Origin: a virus
IMG/VR virus record: IMGVR_UViG_3300035670_000026
Coordinates: 64,001 to 128,000 of that record
Length of the DNA: 64,000 bases
Strand: one strand, 5' to 3'
The translations under genes were made by a program, and so were the position numbers. The notes beneath the pieces were generated by a model that was not told where the DNA came from, searched no databases, and saw nothing but the letters and a program-made list of their open reading frames with translations. Below are positions 27,034 to 36,677 of this stretch, in pieces; position 1 is the first letter of the stretch; the number at the start of each line of letters is the position of its first letter.

Positions 27034-29883
27034 ATGGCTAACATAGTAGGGGAAGGTTTTAATCCAATAATTATAAGTCAAATAAAACAACGACAAAAAA
27101 TCTATGGTGCTAGTGATAGAGATAATCAAATATTATCTTTTTTACAAGCTCGAACAGGTTGGTGTAAGATGGTTTCATCTGTTGATGTAACATCTCCAGT
27201 TAGAGGAATACCTTATAGTGGAACTGAATTAGCTTCAAGATTTGTTTTATTTAATGGAACTACAAATGAATCACCTACTAGAGGAGCCCAAGAAACTTAT
27301 CAAAGAGGTGGTATATGGCCTGGTGTAGGAGATTTTAATAATTATGCTTATGGTATGGGAGGTACAGCATTTGGTTTAAATCCAATGCCTGGTATTACTC
27401 AAGCTACTATCAAAACCGAAACTAGAGGTTCATTAAAAACAGCTACTATTAATATTAGAGCAAATAATAGAAATCAATTTGATATTATTGATGTTTTATA
27501 TTTGCGTTTAGGATATTCAATGTTATTAGAATGGGGTAATAGTTCATATTATGATAATAATAATGTTTATATAACTGATAATCCTCATAGTTTAGCAGAT
27601 GATTTTTTAACTGGTAAAGTAAAATACAATAATTATTATTCTAAAATATCTTCTAAAATAGAAGCATCTTGTGGAAACTACGATGCTATTATAGGAAAAG
27701 TAGTTAATTTTACTTGGACATTTACAAAAGAAGGAACTTATGATATTACTGTAACTTTAAGAAGTTTAGGTGATGTTATAGAATCATTAAAAACAAATGC
27801 TCTTTTACCTGGTGGCACCTCAGAAAATACATCAGGCACCTCAGGTACAGCAGGTACATCAGGTACTGCGGGGGTTGCCGGTCCTCCACCTGAACCAACC
27901 CCAGAAGATGTAATTAAATCTTTTGCAAATGTACATCAAATAGGAAAAAAACTTTACAACTTACAACAAAAACTTCAACCTTTAGGAGCAACTGAAGCTG
28001 GTATTTCTAGATTAACAGGAACTAATTCTTCGGATACTATTGCTTTTAGACAACAATATGAAGGAAGCCCAGCTCAATATTATGTTAGATTAGGATATTT
28101 CTTAGAATATATTCAAAATACTATCCTTCCATATATTGATACTCCTGATGTTCCTATTCAAAAAATAGATACTAATGTAGAGTCTAATATTATTTATTTA
28201 ATGGCTCGCCAAATTAGTACTAATCCTGGAATTTGTATTTTTAATAAAGTTTTTGATACTCCTAATGGATTTATAGAGTTTGCAGCAGGAACAAATAATT
28301 TTATAGTTTCAGCACCCAACGGTAAAAATCAATATGGTAAGATAATGAATGCATATTTTAATATGCAATATATTCTTACTCAAATGGATTCATTAAAAAA
28401 TGAAGATGGTAAAGTTCCATTGTATGATTTATTAAATTGTTTATGTCAAGGATGGAATAATGCAACTGGTAATTTTAATAAATTAGAACCTACTGTTGAT
28501 GCAGACGAAAGTATTATTAGATTTACAGATGAAGTTGTCCTCCCAGATAGAGATTCATGGTTAGGAAAACAAGGAAAATCAACAGAATTAGCTTCATTTG
28601 ATGTTTATGGATATTATTATGGGAAAGGTGATGATGGATATCTTAAAGGCCAATCCCATGCTGGTTTTATTAGAGATTTAAGTTTTAATACTACAATTCC
28701 ACCTAATTTAGCAACTATGATTACTATAGGTGCTACCTCAAATGGATATGTAGTAGGACAAGATTCAACAGCTTTATCTCGTATGAATGCTGGTTTAGAT
28801 GATAGATTTAAAAAAACTATTAAAACACACCAAGATACTAATACAACTGGAAGTGGTTCAATTAATGAAAATTATAAAGGTGCCCTAGAAGCATTTCAAG
28901 TATTTGCTCGTGATTTAGGTTCTTATAAAGGTACTGTAAAACCAAAATGGAACCAAGAAGCAATTACTAATTTTACTAATACTGCCGTTACATTTTACGA
29001 ATATGATCAAGCTAAACAATCATTAGAAGCTGCTGGATTAACTTCTGAAGAAGCTTCAGTATCAGCTCAGAAAAATGATTTTTCAATTTTGTCTACAAAA
29101 CCTGCTTCTCCAAACATTGGATTTTTACCATTTGATTTACAATTAACAATGGATGGACTTTCAGGAATGAAAGTTTACCAAAAATATGTAGCAGATTCTA
29201 GTTTTTTACCTTCAAACTATCCCACATCATTAGAATTTTTAATTAAAGGTATAACTAATAATATTCAAAATAATGAATGGACTACTACTTTAGAATCAAT
29301 TGCTGTACCTAAAAATCCATTTGGTTCTTCAATTGCTAAAGGTACTGTAGCAGCCGGTTCTGCAAGAGATACAAGTAGAGGTGCTGCTCCTACACCAACC
29401 GAATCTACACCAAACGCTGATAGATTAAGAACAATCTTAGCAAGTTTAGGGTACCGTGAAAAAGGTAGAGAATTATCTAACGGTGGAGATATTTCAAATG
29501 ATCTAGTAAATTATGCTGCTTCAGTATTTAGAGAAATTAAAAAACAATTTCCAAGTTTAATAATTACAGTAACTGGAGGTAATGATGCTTATCACCAAAG
29601 ATTATCTTATAAATCATCTCATACCTTAGGCCAAGGATTAGATTTTGTAATTTCTCCCCTAACAACAGCTAATAAAAATGCTGTTGATAAAATATTAGGT
29701 GGATTTGCAGCCGGTAACCAAAATAAAGTTGTTAGCTTTATTAATGAGTACGATTATCCATCATCAGCTGCAACTGCCGGTCATTTCCATATTAGAATAG
29801 GTGGTAAAATTGAAAGTAAAAGAATTGCTACATTTATAGCTCAAGCCGATAAAGGTCAATTAACAACATATCCAATAGTATAA
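27034..29883 (+). CDS. Baseplate hub protein with C-terminal M15-like zinc peptidase domain
   Basis: PMPGIT..GSLKTATINI..LYLRLGYSMLLEWG hub-like N-terminus; C-terminal SSHTLGQGLDF...GHFHIRI (H-X6-D...HXH). Confidence 0.65.
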   Translation: MANIVGEGFNPIIISQIKQRQKIYGASDRDNQILSFLQARTGWCKMVSSVDVTSPVRGIPYSGTELASRFVLFNGTTNESPTRGAQETYQRGGIWPGVGDFNNYAYGMGGTAFGLNPMPGITQATIKTETRGSLKTATINIRANNRNQFDIIDVLYLRLGYSMLLEWGNSSYYDNNNVYITDNPHSLADDFLTGKVKYNNYYSKISSKIEASCGNYDAIIGKVVNFTWTFTKEGTYDITVTLRSLGDVIESLKTNALLPGGTSENTSGTSGTAGTSGTAGVAGPPPEPTPEDVIKSFANVHQIGKKLYNLQQKLQPLGATEAGISRLTGTNSSDTIAFRQQYEGSPAQYYVRLGYFLEYIQNTILPYIDTPDVPIQKIDTNVESNIIYLMARQISTNPGICIFNKVFDTPNGFIEFAAGTNNFIVSAPNGKNQYGKIMNAYFNMQYILTQMDSLKNEDGKVPLYDLLNCLCQGWNNATGNFNKLEPTVDADESIIRFTDEVVLPDRDSWLGKQGKSTELASFDVYGYYYGKGDDGYLKGQSHAGFIRDLSFNTTIPPNLATMITIGATSNGYVVGQDSTALSRMNAGLDDRFKKTIKTHQDTNTTGSGSINENYKGALEAFQVFARDLGSYKGTVKPKWNQEAITNFTNTAVTFYEYDQAKQSLEAAGLTSEEASVSAQKNDFSILSTKPASPNIGFLPFDLQLTMDGLSGMKVYQKYVADSSFLPSNYPTSLEFLIKGITNNIQNNEWTTTLESIAVPKNPFGSSIAKGTVAAGSARDTSRGAAPTPTESTPNADRLRTILASLGYREKGRELSNGGDISNDLVNYAASVFREIKKQFPSLIITVTGGNDAYHQRLSYKSSHTLGQGLDFVISPLTTANKNAVDKILGGFAAGNQNKVVSFINEYDYPSSAATAGHFHIRIGGKIESKRIATFIAQADKGQLTTYPIV

Positions 29884-29884
29884 A

Positions 29885-30547
29885 ATGTATTATCCTAAAT
29901 CTCAAATAAAGACTAATTTATACACTAATGGGGATGAGTATGTTATTGAATTAACCCAAACCCCCTATACAGGATATTATTACTTAACAAGTACAGGAAG
30001 AGCATTTACTGGAAGAACACCTGATGATAGACCAAATCAAGAATTAATTAAAGTTGAACCGGTAACAAAAGATGAAGGTGATTCTTCAACAGTAATAAGA
30101 CCCTCAACAGCTACTATTTTTTCATCTCATAATCCGGGAGCAATAGATGCAGTTACTTCTTTAGATTATAATTCGGCTTTAAATTATGCCCAATTAAAAA
30201 ATATAAACGTATATAATCCTCCAATTAAAATTTTACCTTATTATTCTCCAACCCAACCAACCCAACAAGATTATCAAAATGGAGAATTTCAAAGATATTT
30301 TTGTAAACAAACAAATCAAATTTCATATATTGAGATTAATCAAGAACAATTTGACAAATTAGTTGCTCAAGATCCTCAAATTGAATTTTCTCTTTATCAA
30401 CCATTTACTATAACTTGGATATTAACTGGAGATAAAGAACAAGTTACTCGTAATAATAAAAATATAGTTGAGTTAGCTATTTTTAGACAAAAACTACCTA
30501 AATTTGGAGATTACCTAAAATTTGATTATATTAAATACTATCAATAA
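29885..30547 (+). CDS. Hypothetical protein (end of the tail module)
   Basis: Intact 220-aa ORF tightly coupled to the upstream gene. Confidence 0.7.
   Translation: MYYPKSQIKTNLYTNGDEYVIELTQTPYTGYYYLTSTGRAFTGRTPDDRPNQELIKVEPVTKDEGDSSTVIRPSTATIFSSHNPGAIDAVTSLDYNSALNYAQLKNINVYNPPIKILPYYSPTQPTQQDYQNGEFQRYFCKQTNQISYIEINQEQFDKLVAQDPQIEFSLYQPFTITWILTGDKEQVTRNNKNIVELAIFRQKLPKFGDYLKFDYIKYYQ
30504..30532 (+). promoter_or_regulatory. TTGG-N19-TATATT promoter
   Basis: Exact spacing; TATATT ends 28 nt before the polA-like start. Confidence 0.6.
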
Positions 30548-30560
30548 ATGGTTATAATAA

Positions 30561-31841
30561 ATGTTTTGGTTAATCGAGACTCAATCTCAAATTGAGTATT
30601 TAATAAATAGGCAATACAAAGAGGTATTTATAGAAATAGTACCTCATCATGATAAAGTACATCCTGCTTTAAATGATGTATCCTTAGTGTATTTTAGACC
30701 GTCTATAGAAACAAAAGGGTTTATGTTATGTATTGACCATAGCGAGACTTTAAGTATTAATAAGACACTAGTAAACACACTATTACAAGAAATAGAACAA
30801 TTATGGGTGCGTGATAAGAAAAATGCATTATACTATTTTCAAATTAAGAGCTTGCTCGATATAAACATACTTACGAATCCGTATATACCAGAACAAACTC
30901 CAACTCATACATATTTTTATAACAAATACCCGGATAACAAAGAAATTAACAAAATTATTCCGGTAGTTAAACATTATGAGGTATGTGAGAATATTTATAA
31001 TAAAGTAAAACCTCATTTTACAACGGATTTACCCTCGTATTTTGATTTTTACAACAACAAAACCACACTCGCATTCTTTGGAATCGAAAAAAATGGAGTA
31101 AATATAGATGAAACAATTTTTGAACAACATTTTAAACCTACAAAAGATTTCTACTCTATTAGTAACGGACGGGTTTATACAAATTACAACCTTTCTACAA
31201 CTACACGTAGACCAAGTAACTCTTTTAATGGCATTAATTTTGCCGCACTAAATAAGGATAATGGCGCAAGGGGGAGCTTCATATCGAGTCATGAGTTTGT
31301 GGAGCTTGATATTAGTGCATATCATCCTCATCTCGCTAGTCGCTTGGTTGCCTATGATTTTGGCGGTGTCGATGTCCACCAAGCGTTCGCAGATCTCTAC
31401 GGTACGAGCTACAAAGAAGCCAAAGAACTCACGTTTAAGCAACTATACGGAGGCGTATTTAAAGAGTATGAGCACCTTGAATTTTTTCAACAAATAAAGA
31501 AATTTATTGATAATAACTGGAAAGAGTTTAATAACTCGGGTCAAGTTATCGTGCCGAACTCAAGTTATTGCTTTAAAAAAAGCGAGCTGGATAATATGAA
31601 TCCACAAAAGCTATTTAATTATATTTTACAAAACTTGGAGACATCAACAAACGTTTGTATCTTAATGGAAATACATAAATTGTTAAGAGGTAAAAATACT
31701 AAGTTAGTATTATATACGTATGATAGTTTTTTATTCGATTACGATGCAGAAGAAAATTTAATGAATGATATAGAAAATGTATTTAAAAATAAAGGTTTAC
31801 AAATAAAGGTTAAAAATGGAAACAGTTACGATTTTGAATAG
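30561..31841 (+). CDS. Divergent family A DNA polymerase-like protein (no 5' nuclease domain)
   Basis: TTTRRPSN..INFAAL; motif A FVELDISAYHP; motif B AKELTFKQLYGG; motif C LYTYDSFLFD. Confidence 0.8.
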   Translation: MFWLIETQSQIEYLINRQYKEVFIEIVPHHDKVHPALNDVSLVYFRPSIETKGFMLCIDHSETLSINKTLVNTLLQEIEQLWVRDKKNALYYFQIKSLLDINILTNPYIPEQTPTHTYFYNKYPDNKEINKIIPVVKHYEVCENIYNKVKPHFTTDLPSYFDFYNNKTTLAFFGIEKNGVNIDETIFEQHFKPTKDFYSISNGRVYTNYNLSTTTRRPSNSFNGINFAALNKDNGARGSFISSHEFVELDISAYHPHLASRLVAYDFGGVDVHQAFADLYGTSYKEAKELTFKQLYGGVFKEYEHLEFFQQIKKFIDNNWKEFNNSGQVIVPNSSYCFKKSELDNMNPQKLFNYILQNLETSTNVCILMEIHKLLRGKNTKLVLYTYDSFLFDYDAEENLMNDIENVFKNKGLQIKVKNGNSYDFE

Positions 31842-32274
31842 TTATTATGATATTTATTGGGAGAAAACCCAACTAAATATTAAAGATTTGAACAACAAGT
31901 TATTTTGTACGTTTGTAGACGAAGAGTCACTTGACAGTATGGTTTCGAGCATATCGAAAACATATTCTATTATGTACAATAAAATGTTTGTGTTATTTGT
32001 TAAAAGTACGGGTGAATATGTAATTACTTACAATGTTGAACAAGTTAATGTAAACAACATTCCTGTAAATACGATTTTAGTACATCGTAAAAAAGAAACA
32101 AATACACTATATACAATTAATGCCCTAAATGATTTAATTAAAAAATTAAATGGTGGAGTAGTTGATACTTCATATCGTGTAAATTGGCAACACTATAAAA
32201 ATTGTATCCTTCTCACCCAGAATGGAGACCTAAAGCAATTAAATACAAAAGTTTACCAAATTATTGAACTTTAG
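31816..32274 (+). CDS. Hypothetical protein
   Basis: Intact ORF (NKLFCTF; TILVHRKKETNTLYTINALN). Confidence 0.7.
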   Translation: METVTILNSYYDIYWEKTQLNIKDLNNKLFCTFVDEESLDSMVSSISKTYSIMYNKMFVLFVKSTGEYVITYNVEQVNVNNIPVNTILVHRKKETNTLYTINALNDLIKKLNGGVVDTSYRVNWQHYKNCILLTQNGDLKQLNTKVYQIIEL

Positions 32275-32275
32275 T

Positions 32276-32304
32276 TTGGTAATTGAATAAATAGTTATTA
32301 TATT
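32276..32304 (+). promoter_or_regulatory. TTGG-N19-TATATT promoter
   Basis: Exact spacing, upstream of SSB. Confidence 0.65.
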
Positions 32305-32331
32305 AATGTTACAAACAAAATTTGATTAGTT

Positions 32332-33159
32332 ATGGATTTAAATGAAATGAGAAATCGACTGTCTTCAATGCAGTCAAAGCAATCTGGTAAAGGCAGCGGA
32401 GAAAAAAAATCTGTCTTTTGGAAACCCTCAGTAGGTAAGCAAGTAGTTCGAGTTGTACCCTCTAAGTACAACAAGAAAAACCCATTCACTGAAATGTATT
32501 TCCATTATGGTATTGGAAAAAATACTATGGTATCTCCAATTAACTGGGGTGAAAAAGACCCAATCGTAGAATTTGCAAAACAATTGCGTAGTACTAGTGA
32601 CAAGGAAAATTGGCGTATGGCTAAAAAGCTTGATCCTAAAATGCGTATTTTTGTTCCTGTTGTGGTTCGCGGTGAAGAAAGCGAAGGAGTAAAATTGTGG
32701 CAGTTTGGTAAAGAATTATATATGGATTTCTTGAACCTTGCTGACAACGAAGATGTTGGTGATTTTACCGACGTAATGAATGGTCGTGATATTACATTGA
32801 CCACTGTAGGTCCTGAGGTAACAGGCACAAACTACAACAAAACTACTATCATGCCTAAAGTTAAAGAAACTTTATTGGCCGATGATAAAGCAACTATTGA
32901 AGCATTGCTTTCAAATCAACCTAATCCTATGGAAGTATTTAAAAAATACCCATATGATGAAATGAAGACAGCTCTCCAAGAATGGTTGTCTCCTGAAGAC
33001 GAATATTCCGAAGGTGATATTATCGATGATGAAAAGGAAGAAGTTGTAGAAAAACCTGCTAAAGCTTATTCACTTAAGACCCCTGCGTCTGAAAAAGTAA
33101 GTAAGGCAGATAAGTTTGATGCTTTGTTTGACGAAGAAGATAACGACTTACCTTTTTAA
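32332..33159 (+). CDS. Single-stranded DNA-binding protein (gp32-like)
   Basis: FWKP..G..VVRVVP; GVKLWQFGK; GRDITL; acidic tail DEEDNDLPF. Confidence 0.85.
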   Translation: MDLNEMRNRLSSMQSKQSGKGSGEKKSVFWKPSVGKQVVRVVPSKYNKKNPFTEMYFHYGIGKNTMVSPINWGEKDPIVEFAKQLRSTSDKENWRMAKKLDPKMRIFVPVVVRGEESEGVKLWQFGKELYMDFLNLADNEDVGDFTDVMNGRDITLTTVGPEVTGTNYNKTTIMPKVKETLLADDKATIEALLSNQPNPMEVFKKYPYDEMKTALQEWLSPEDEYSEGDIIDDEKEEVVEKPAKAYSLKTPASEKVSKADKFDALFDEEDNDLPF

Positions 33160-33170
33160 TTTAAACATAC

Positions 33171-34253
33171 ATGGCAAGAAGTAAAAAAAGCGAATCGCTA
33201 ACGGCTGCTCTATCCTCTGAACTTAGATCTAAATTTGATTTGACTAAGTTTAAGGAGAAAAAAATGCTTAACTCAAATGTAAAGTTTAAAGAGCAAAAAT
33301 GGATTCCACTAAGTACAGCATTTCAAGATGTAACATCAGTACCAGGGATTCCAATGGGTCACATTGTACTTCTTCGTGGACACAGTGATACAGGTAAAAC
33401 AACCGCTATGATTGAAGCAGCAGTTTCAGCCCAAAAAATGGGCGTTTTACCTGTGTTTATTGTAACTGAGATGAAATGGAATTGGGAACATGCTGTCCAA
33501 ATGGGTCTTCATGTAAACGAAATTGTAGATGAAGAAACAGGTGAAATTTCAAATTACGAAGGCAATTTTATTTATGTTGACCGTGAAACTCTACACACTA
33601 TTGAAGACGTAGCAGCATTTGTTTTAGATTTATTAGACGAACAGAAAAAAGGTAATCTACCTTATGACTTATTATTCCTTTGGGATTCAATTGGTTCAAT
33701 TCCTTGTGAAATGTCTGTTAAATCAAACAAAAACAACAACGAATGGAATGCGGGAGCAATGTCAACCCAATTTGGTAACAATGTTAACCAGAAAATTACA
33801 CTATCACGTAAAGAATCATCACCATACACTAATACACTAGTATGTGTTAATAAAGTATGGACTGCAAAAGCAGAAGTACCAATGGGTCAACCAAAGTTGA
33901 TGAACAAAGGTGGATTTGCAATGTGGTTTGATGCTACATTCGTAGTAACATTTGGTAATATTTCAAATGCAGGTACATCTAAAATCAAAGCAATTAAAGA
34001 TGGTAAGCAAGTTGAATTTGCTAAACGTACAAACATCCAAATTGATAAAAACCACATTAATGGGGTTCAATCAAGAGGAAAAATTATCATGACTCCACAC
34101 GGATTCATTAATGATACTGACAAGGAACTTAAATCGTATAAAGATGCACACGCATCTGAGTGGATGAAAATACTTGGAGGTATGGACTTTGATATTTTTG
34201 AGGAACAAGATTTATTTGAACCCGAAACTATCTTTACACAAGAACCAGATTAA
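33171..34253 (+). CDS. uvsX: RecA/UvsX-like recombinase
   Basis: Walker A GHSDTGKTT; Walker B FLWDSIGS; KGG.AMWFDA. Confidence 0.85.
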   Translation: MARSKKSESLTAALSSELRSKFDLTKFKEKKMLNSNVKFKEQKWIPLSTAFQDVTSVPGIPMGHIVLLRGHSDTGKTTAMIEAAVSAQKMGVLPVFIVTEMKWNWEHAVQMGLHVNEIVDEETGEISNYEGNFIYVDRETLHTIEDVAAFVLDLLDEQKKGNLPYDLLFLWDSIGSIPCEMSVKSNKNNNEWNAGAMSTQFGNNVNQKITLSRKESSPYTNTLVCVNKVWTAKAEVPMGQPKLMNKGGFAMWFDATFVVTFGNISNAGTSKIKAIKDGKQVEFAKRTNIQIDKNHINGVQSRGKIIMTPHGFINDTDKELKSYKDAHASEWMKILGGMDFDIFEEQDLFEPETIFTQEPD

Positions 34254-34254
34254 T

Positions 34255-35292
34255 ATGAAAAGAAAAGAATTACTTAAACTCCTTGATAATCTTGAGGAGC
34301 AGGAAACAGTCTCCTCAAATCGTTACGATCGTGTGCTTTTAATTGATGGTTTAAATTTGTTTTTTAGAAATTTTGCCATGATGAATATAGTAAACTCTCA
34401 AGGAGTACACGTAGGTGGTTTAGGTGGTTTTATTCGCTCATTAGGATCTTTAATTAATCAAATTCAACCTACATCTGTGTTTGTAGTATTCGACGGGATT
34501 GGTTCTTCCACAAATAGGAAGAACCTACTCCCCGAGTACAAATCAGGTCGTAATCAACACAGAATTACAAACTGGGAAGTATTTGAAGATTTAGAAGATG
34601 AAGATGATGCTAAAATTAATCAAATAGTTCGTATTGCTCACTATTTAAAATGTTTGCCTGTTAAAACGGTTGCAATTGATAAAGCAGAAGCAGACGATAT
34701 TATAGCGTATTATAGTGATTATCTTCCTTCAACACACGGTTCCAAGGTTTTTATAGTATCATCAGATAAAGACTTTATACAACTGGTAAATGACGATGTT
34801 ATTGTATATCGTCCAATCGAAAAAGAATATTATACTAAAGATACAGTTAAAGAAAAATTTGGTGTATTAGCCGAAAATTTTATTTTGTATAAAATGTTAC
34901 TTGGAGATAATTCGGATAAAGTAGCAGGTGTAAAAGGATTAGGTGAAAAAGGTTTATTCAAGAAATTCCCTGAATTATCTACTGATATATTAACATTAGA
35001 TGACATTTTTAACCTATCAGAAGCTAAGTATAAAGAACATGTTATTTATTCTCGCATTGCTTTTGAACGCGATAGATTAGAACAGAATTATAAAATTATG
35101 AACTTAAAAAAACCTTTATTAGATGATGGCGATAAAGAGTTTTTAAGGGAATTTGCTGAAGATGATACTTTAGTTTTGAATATTGAAGCTTTTTTACGAT
35201 TTTACCACGATGATGGTTTAGGTCATTTAATTAAGAACGTTGAGTTTTGGGTTAATGACACATTTAAAGTATTAAACAGTTTTAGAAAATAA
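34255..35292 (+). CDS. 5'-3' exonuclease / flap endonuclease (Pol I N-terminal, T4 RNase H-like)
   Basis: LLIDGLNLFFR; VVFDG; YKSGR; EADDIIA; SSDKDFIQL; LGDNSDKVAGVKGLGEK. Start reassigned to ATG at 34255. Confidence 0.93.
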   Translation: MKRKELLKLLDNLEEQETVSSNRYDRVLLIDGLNLFFRNFAMMNIVNSQGVHVGGLGGFIRSLGSLINQIQPTSVFVVFDGIGSSTNRKNLLPEYKSGRNQHRITNWEVFEDLEDEDDAKINQIVRIAHYLKCLPVKTVAIDKAEADDIIAYYSDYLPSTHGSKVFIVSSDKDFIQLVNDDVIVYRPIEKEYYTKDTVKEKFGVLAENFILYKMLLGDNSDKVAGVKGLGEKGLFKKFPELSTDILTLDDIFNLSEAKYKEHVIYSRIAFERDRLEQNYKIMNLKKPLLDDGDKEFLREFAEDDTLVLNIEAFLRFYHDDGLGHLIKNVEFWVNDTFKVLNSFRK

Positions 35293-35297
35293 GTTAT

Positions 35298-36668
35298 ATG
35301 ACATTAAGTAATCTTTCGCAGTACGGTATTGGCTTTCAAATTAAAGTCTTATCTTCACTTTTAACACATAAAGAGTTTTTGCTTAACATCCATGATGTTA
35401 TTAGTGAAGAATATTTTGACAACCAGGCACACCGTTGGGTTATTAAAGAAATTTTAAAGTATTATCAAAAATACCACACTACACCTTCAATGGATGTTTT
35501 GAAGGTAGAATTGAAAAAAATTGACAACGAAGTACTTCAAGTATCTATTAAAGAACAACTTCGCGAAGCTTATAAAGCATCAGATGAAGATCTTAAATAT
35601 GTTGAAGAAGAATTTTCTAATTTTTGTAAAAACCAACAACTTAAGAAAGCGTTGTTAACAAGCGTAGATTTTTTGAATGCGGGAGACTATGATTCAATTC
35701 GTTCATTAATTGATAACGCACTTAAATCAGGTCAAGACAAAAATGTAGGTCATGAATATAATAAAGATGTTGAATCTCGCTATAGAGAAGACCACAGAGT
35801 TGTAGTACCTTGTCCTTGGGAATCATTTAATATGCTACTTCAAGGTGGTTTAGGAAATGGTGATTTTGGTTTAATTTTTGGTAATCCTGGTGGTGGCAAA
35901 TCTTGGACACTCATTGCACTAGGTGGTTATGCTGTTAAGATGGGTTATAATGTTCTTCACTATACACTTGAATTAGGTGAAGATTATGTTGGACGTCGTT
36001 ATGATGCTTTTTTTACTAATATTCCTGTAAATAAAATTACTGAACAAAAGAATAGAGGTAAAGTAGAAGAAACAGTAGAAACTTTGCAAGGTCAATTGAT
36101 TATTAAAGAATATTCTCCTGGAAAGGCATCAATGTCAACTATTGAATCCCATATTAAAAAATGTATTGACCAAGATTTCAAACCAGATTTGGTTATTATC
36201 GACTATGTAGATCTTCTTCGCTCTAAAAAGACAAATCGTGAGCGTAAAGACGAAATAGATGATATTTATGTAAGCACAAAAGCTTTGGCTCGCGAGTTAA
36301 ATATTCCTGTATGGTCTGTTTCACAAGTAAACCGAGCTGGTGCAAAAGATGATGTAATTGAAGGCGATAAAGCAGCAGGATCATATGATAAAATTATGAT
36401 TACTGATGTAGCTATATCCCTTTCACGTAAACGTCAAGATAAAATTAACGGCACAGGAAGATTTCACATTATGAAAAATAGATATGGTATGGATGGTATG
36501 ACTTTTAATGTTAAGGCAGATACATCTACTGGCCATTTTGAAGTCTCAGAACGTATTGAAGATGATGAAGAAGAAACAACAACAACTTCTAAATCATCCG
36601 TTTTTTCTACTATAGATGCTGTAGACAAAAAAGAGTTGCGAAATAAATTTTTTGAACTTAACTCCTAA
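35298..36668 (+). CDS. Replicative DnaB/gp41-type helicase
   Basis: GNPGGGKS; HYTLEL; IIDYVDLL; SQVNR; KNRYG. Confidence 0.93.
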   Translation: MTLSNLSQYGIGFQIKVLSSLLTHKEFLLNIHDVISEEYFDNQAHRWVIKEILKYYQKYHTTPSMDVLKVELKKIDNEVLQVSIKEQLREAYKASDEDLKYVEEEFSNFCKNQQLKKALLTSVDFLNAGDYDSIRSLIDNALKSGQDKNVGHEYNKDVESRYREDHRVVVPCPWESFNMLLQGGLGNGDFGLIFGNPGGGKSWTLIALGGYAVKMGYNVLHYTLELGEDYVGRRYDAFFTNIPVNKITEQKNRGKVEETVETLQGQLIIKEYSPGKASMSTIESHIKKCIDQDFKPDLVIIDYVDLLRSKKTNRERKDEIDDIYVSTKALARELNIPVWSVSQVNRAGAKDDVIEGDKAAGSYDKIMITDVAISLSRKRQDKINGTGRFHIMKNRYGMDGMTFNVKADTSTGHFEVSERIEDDEEETTTTSKSSVFSTIDAVDKKELRNKFFELNS

Positions 36669-36677
36669 TTAAAAATT

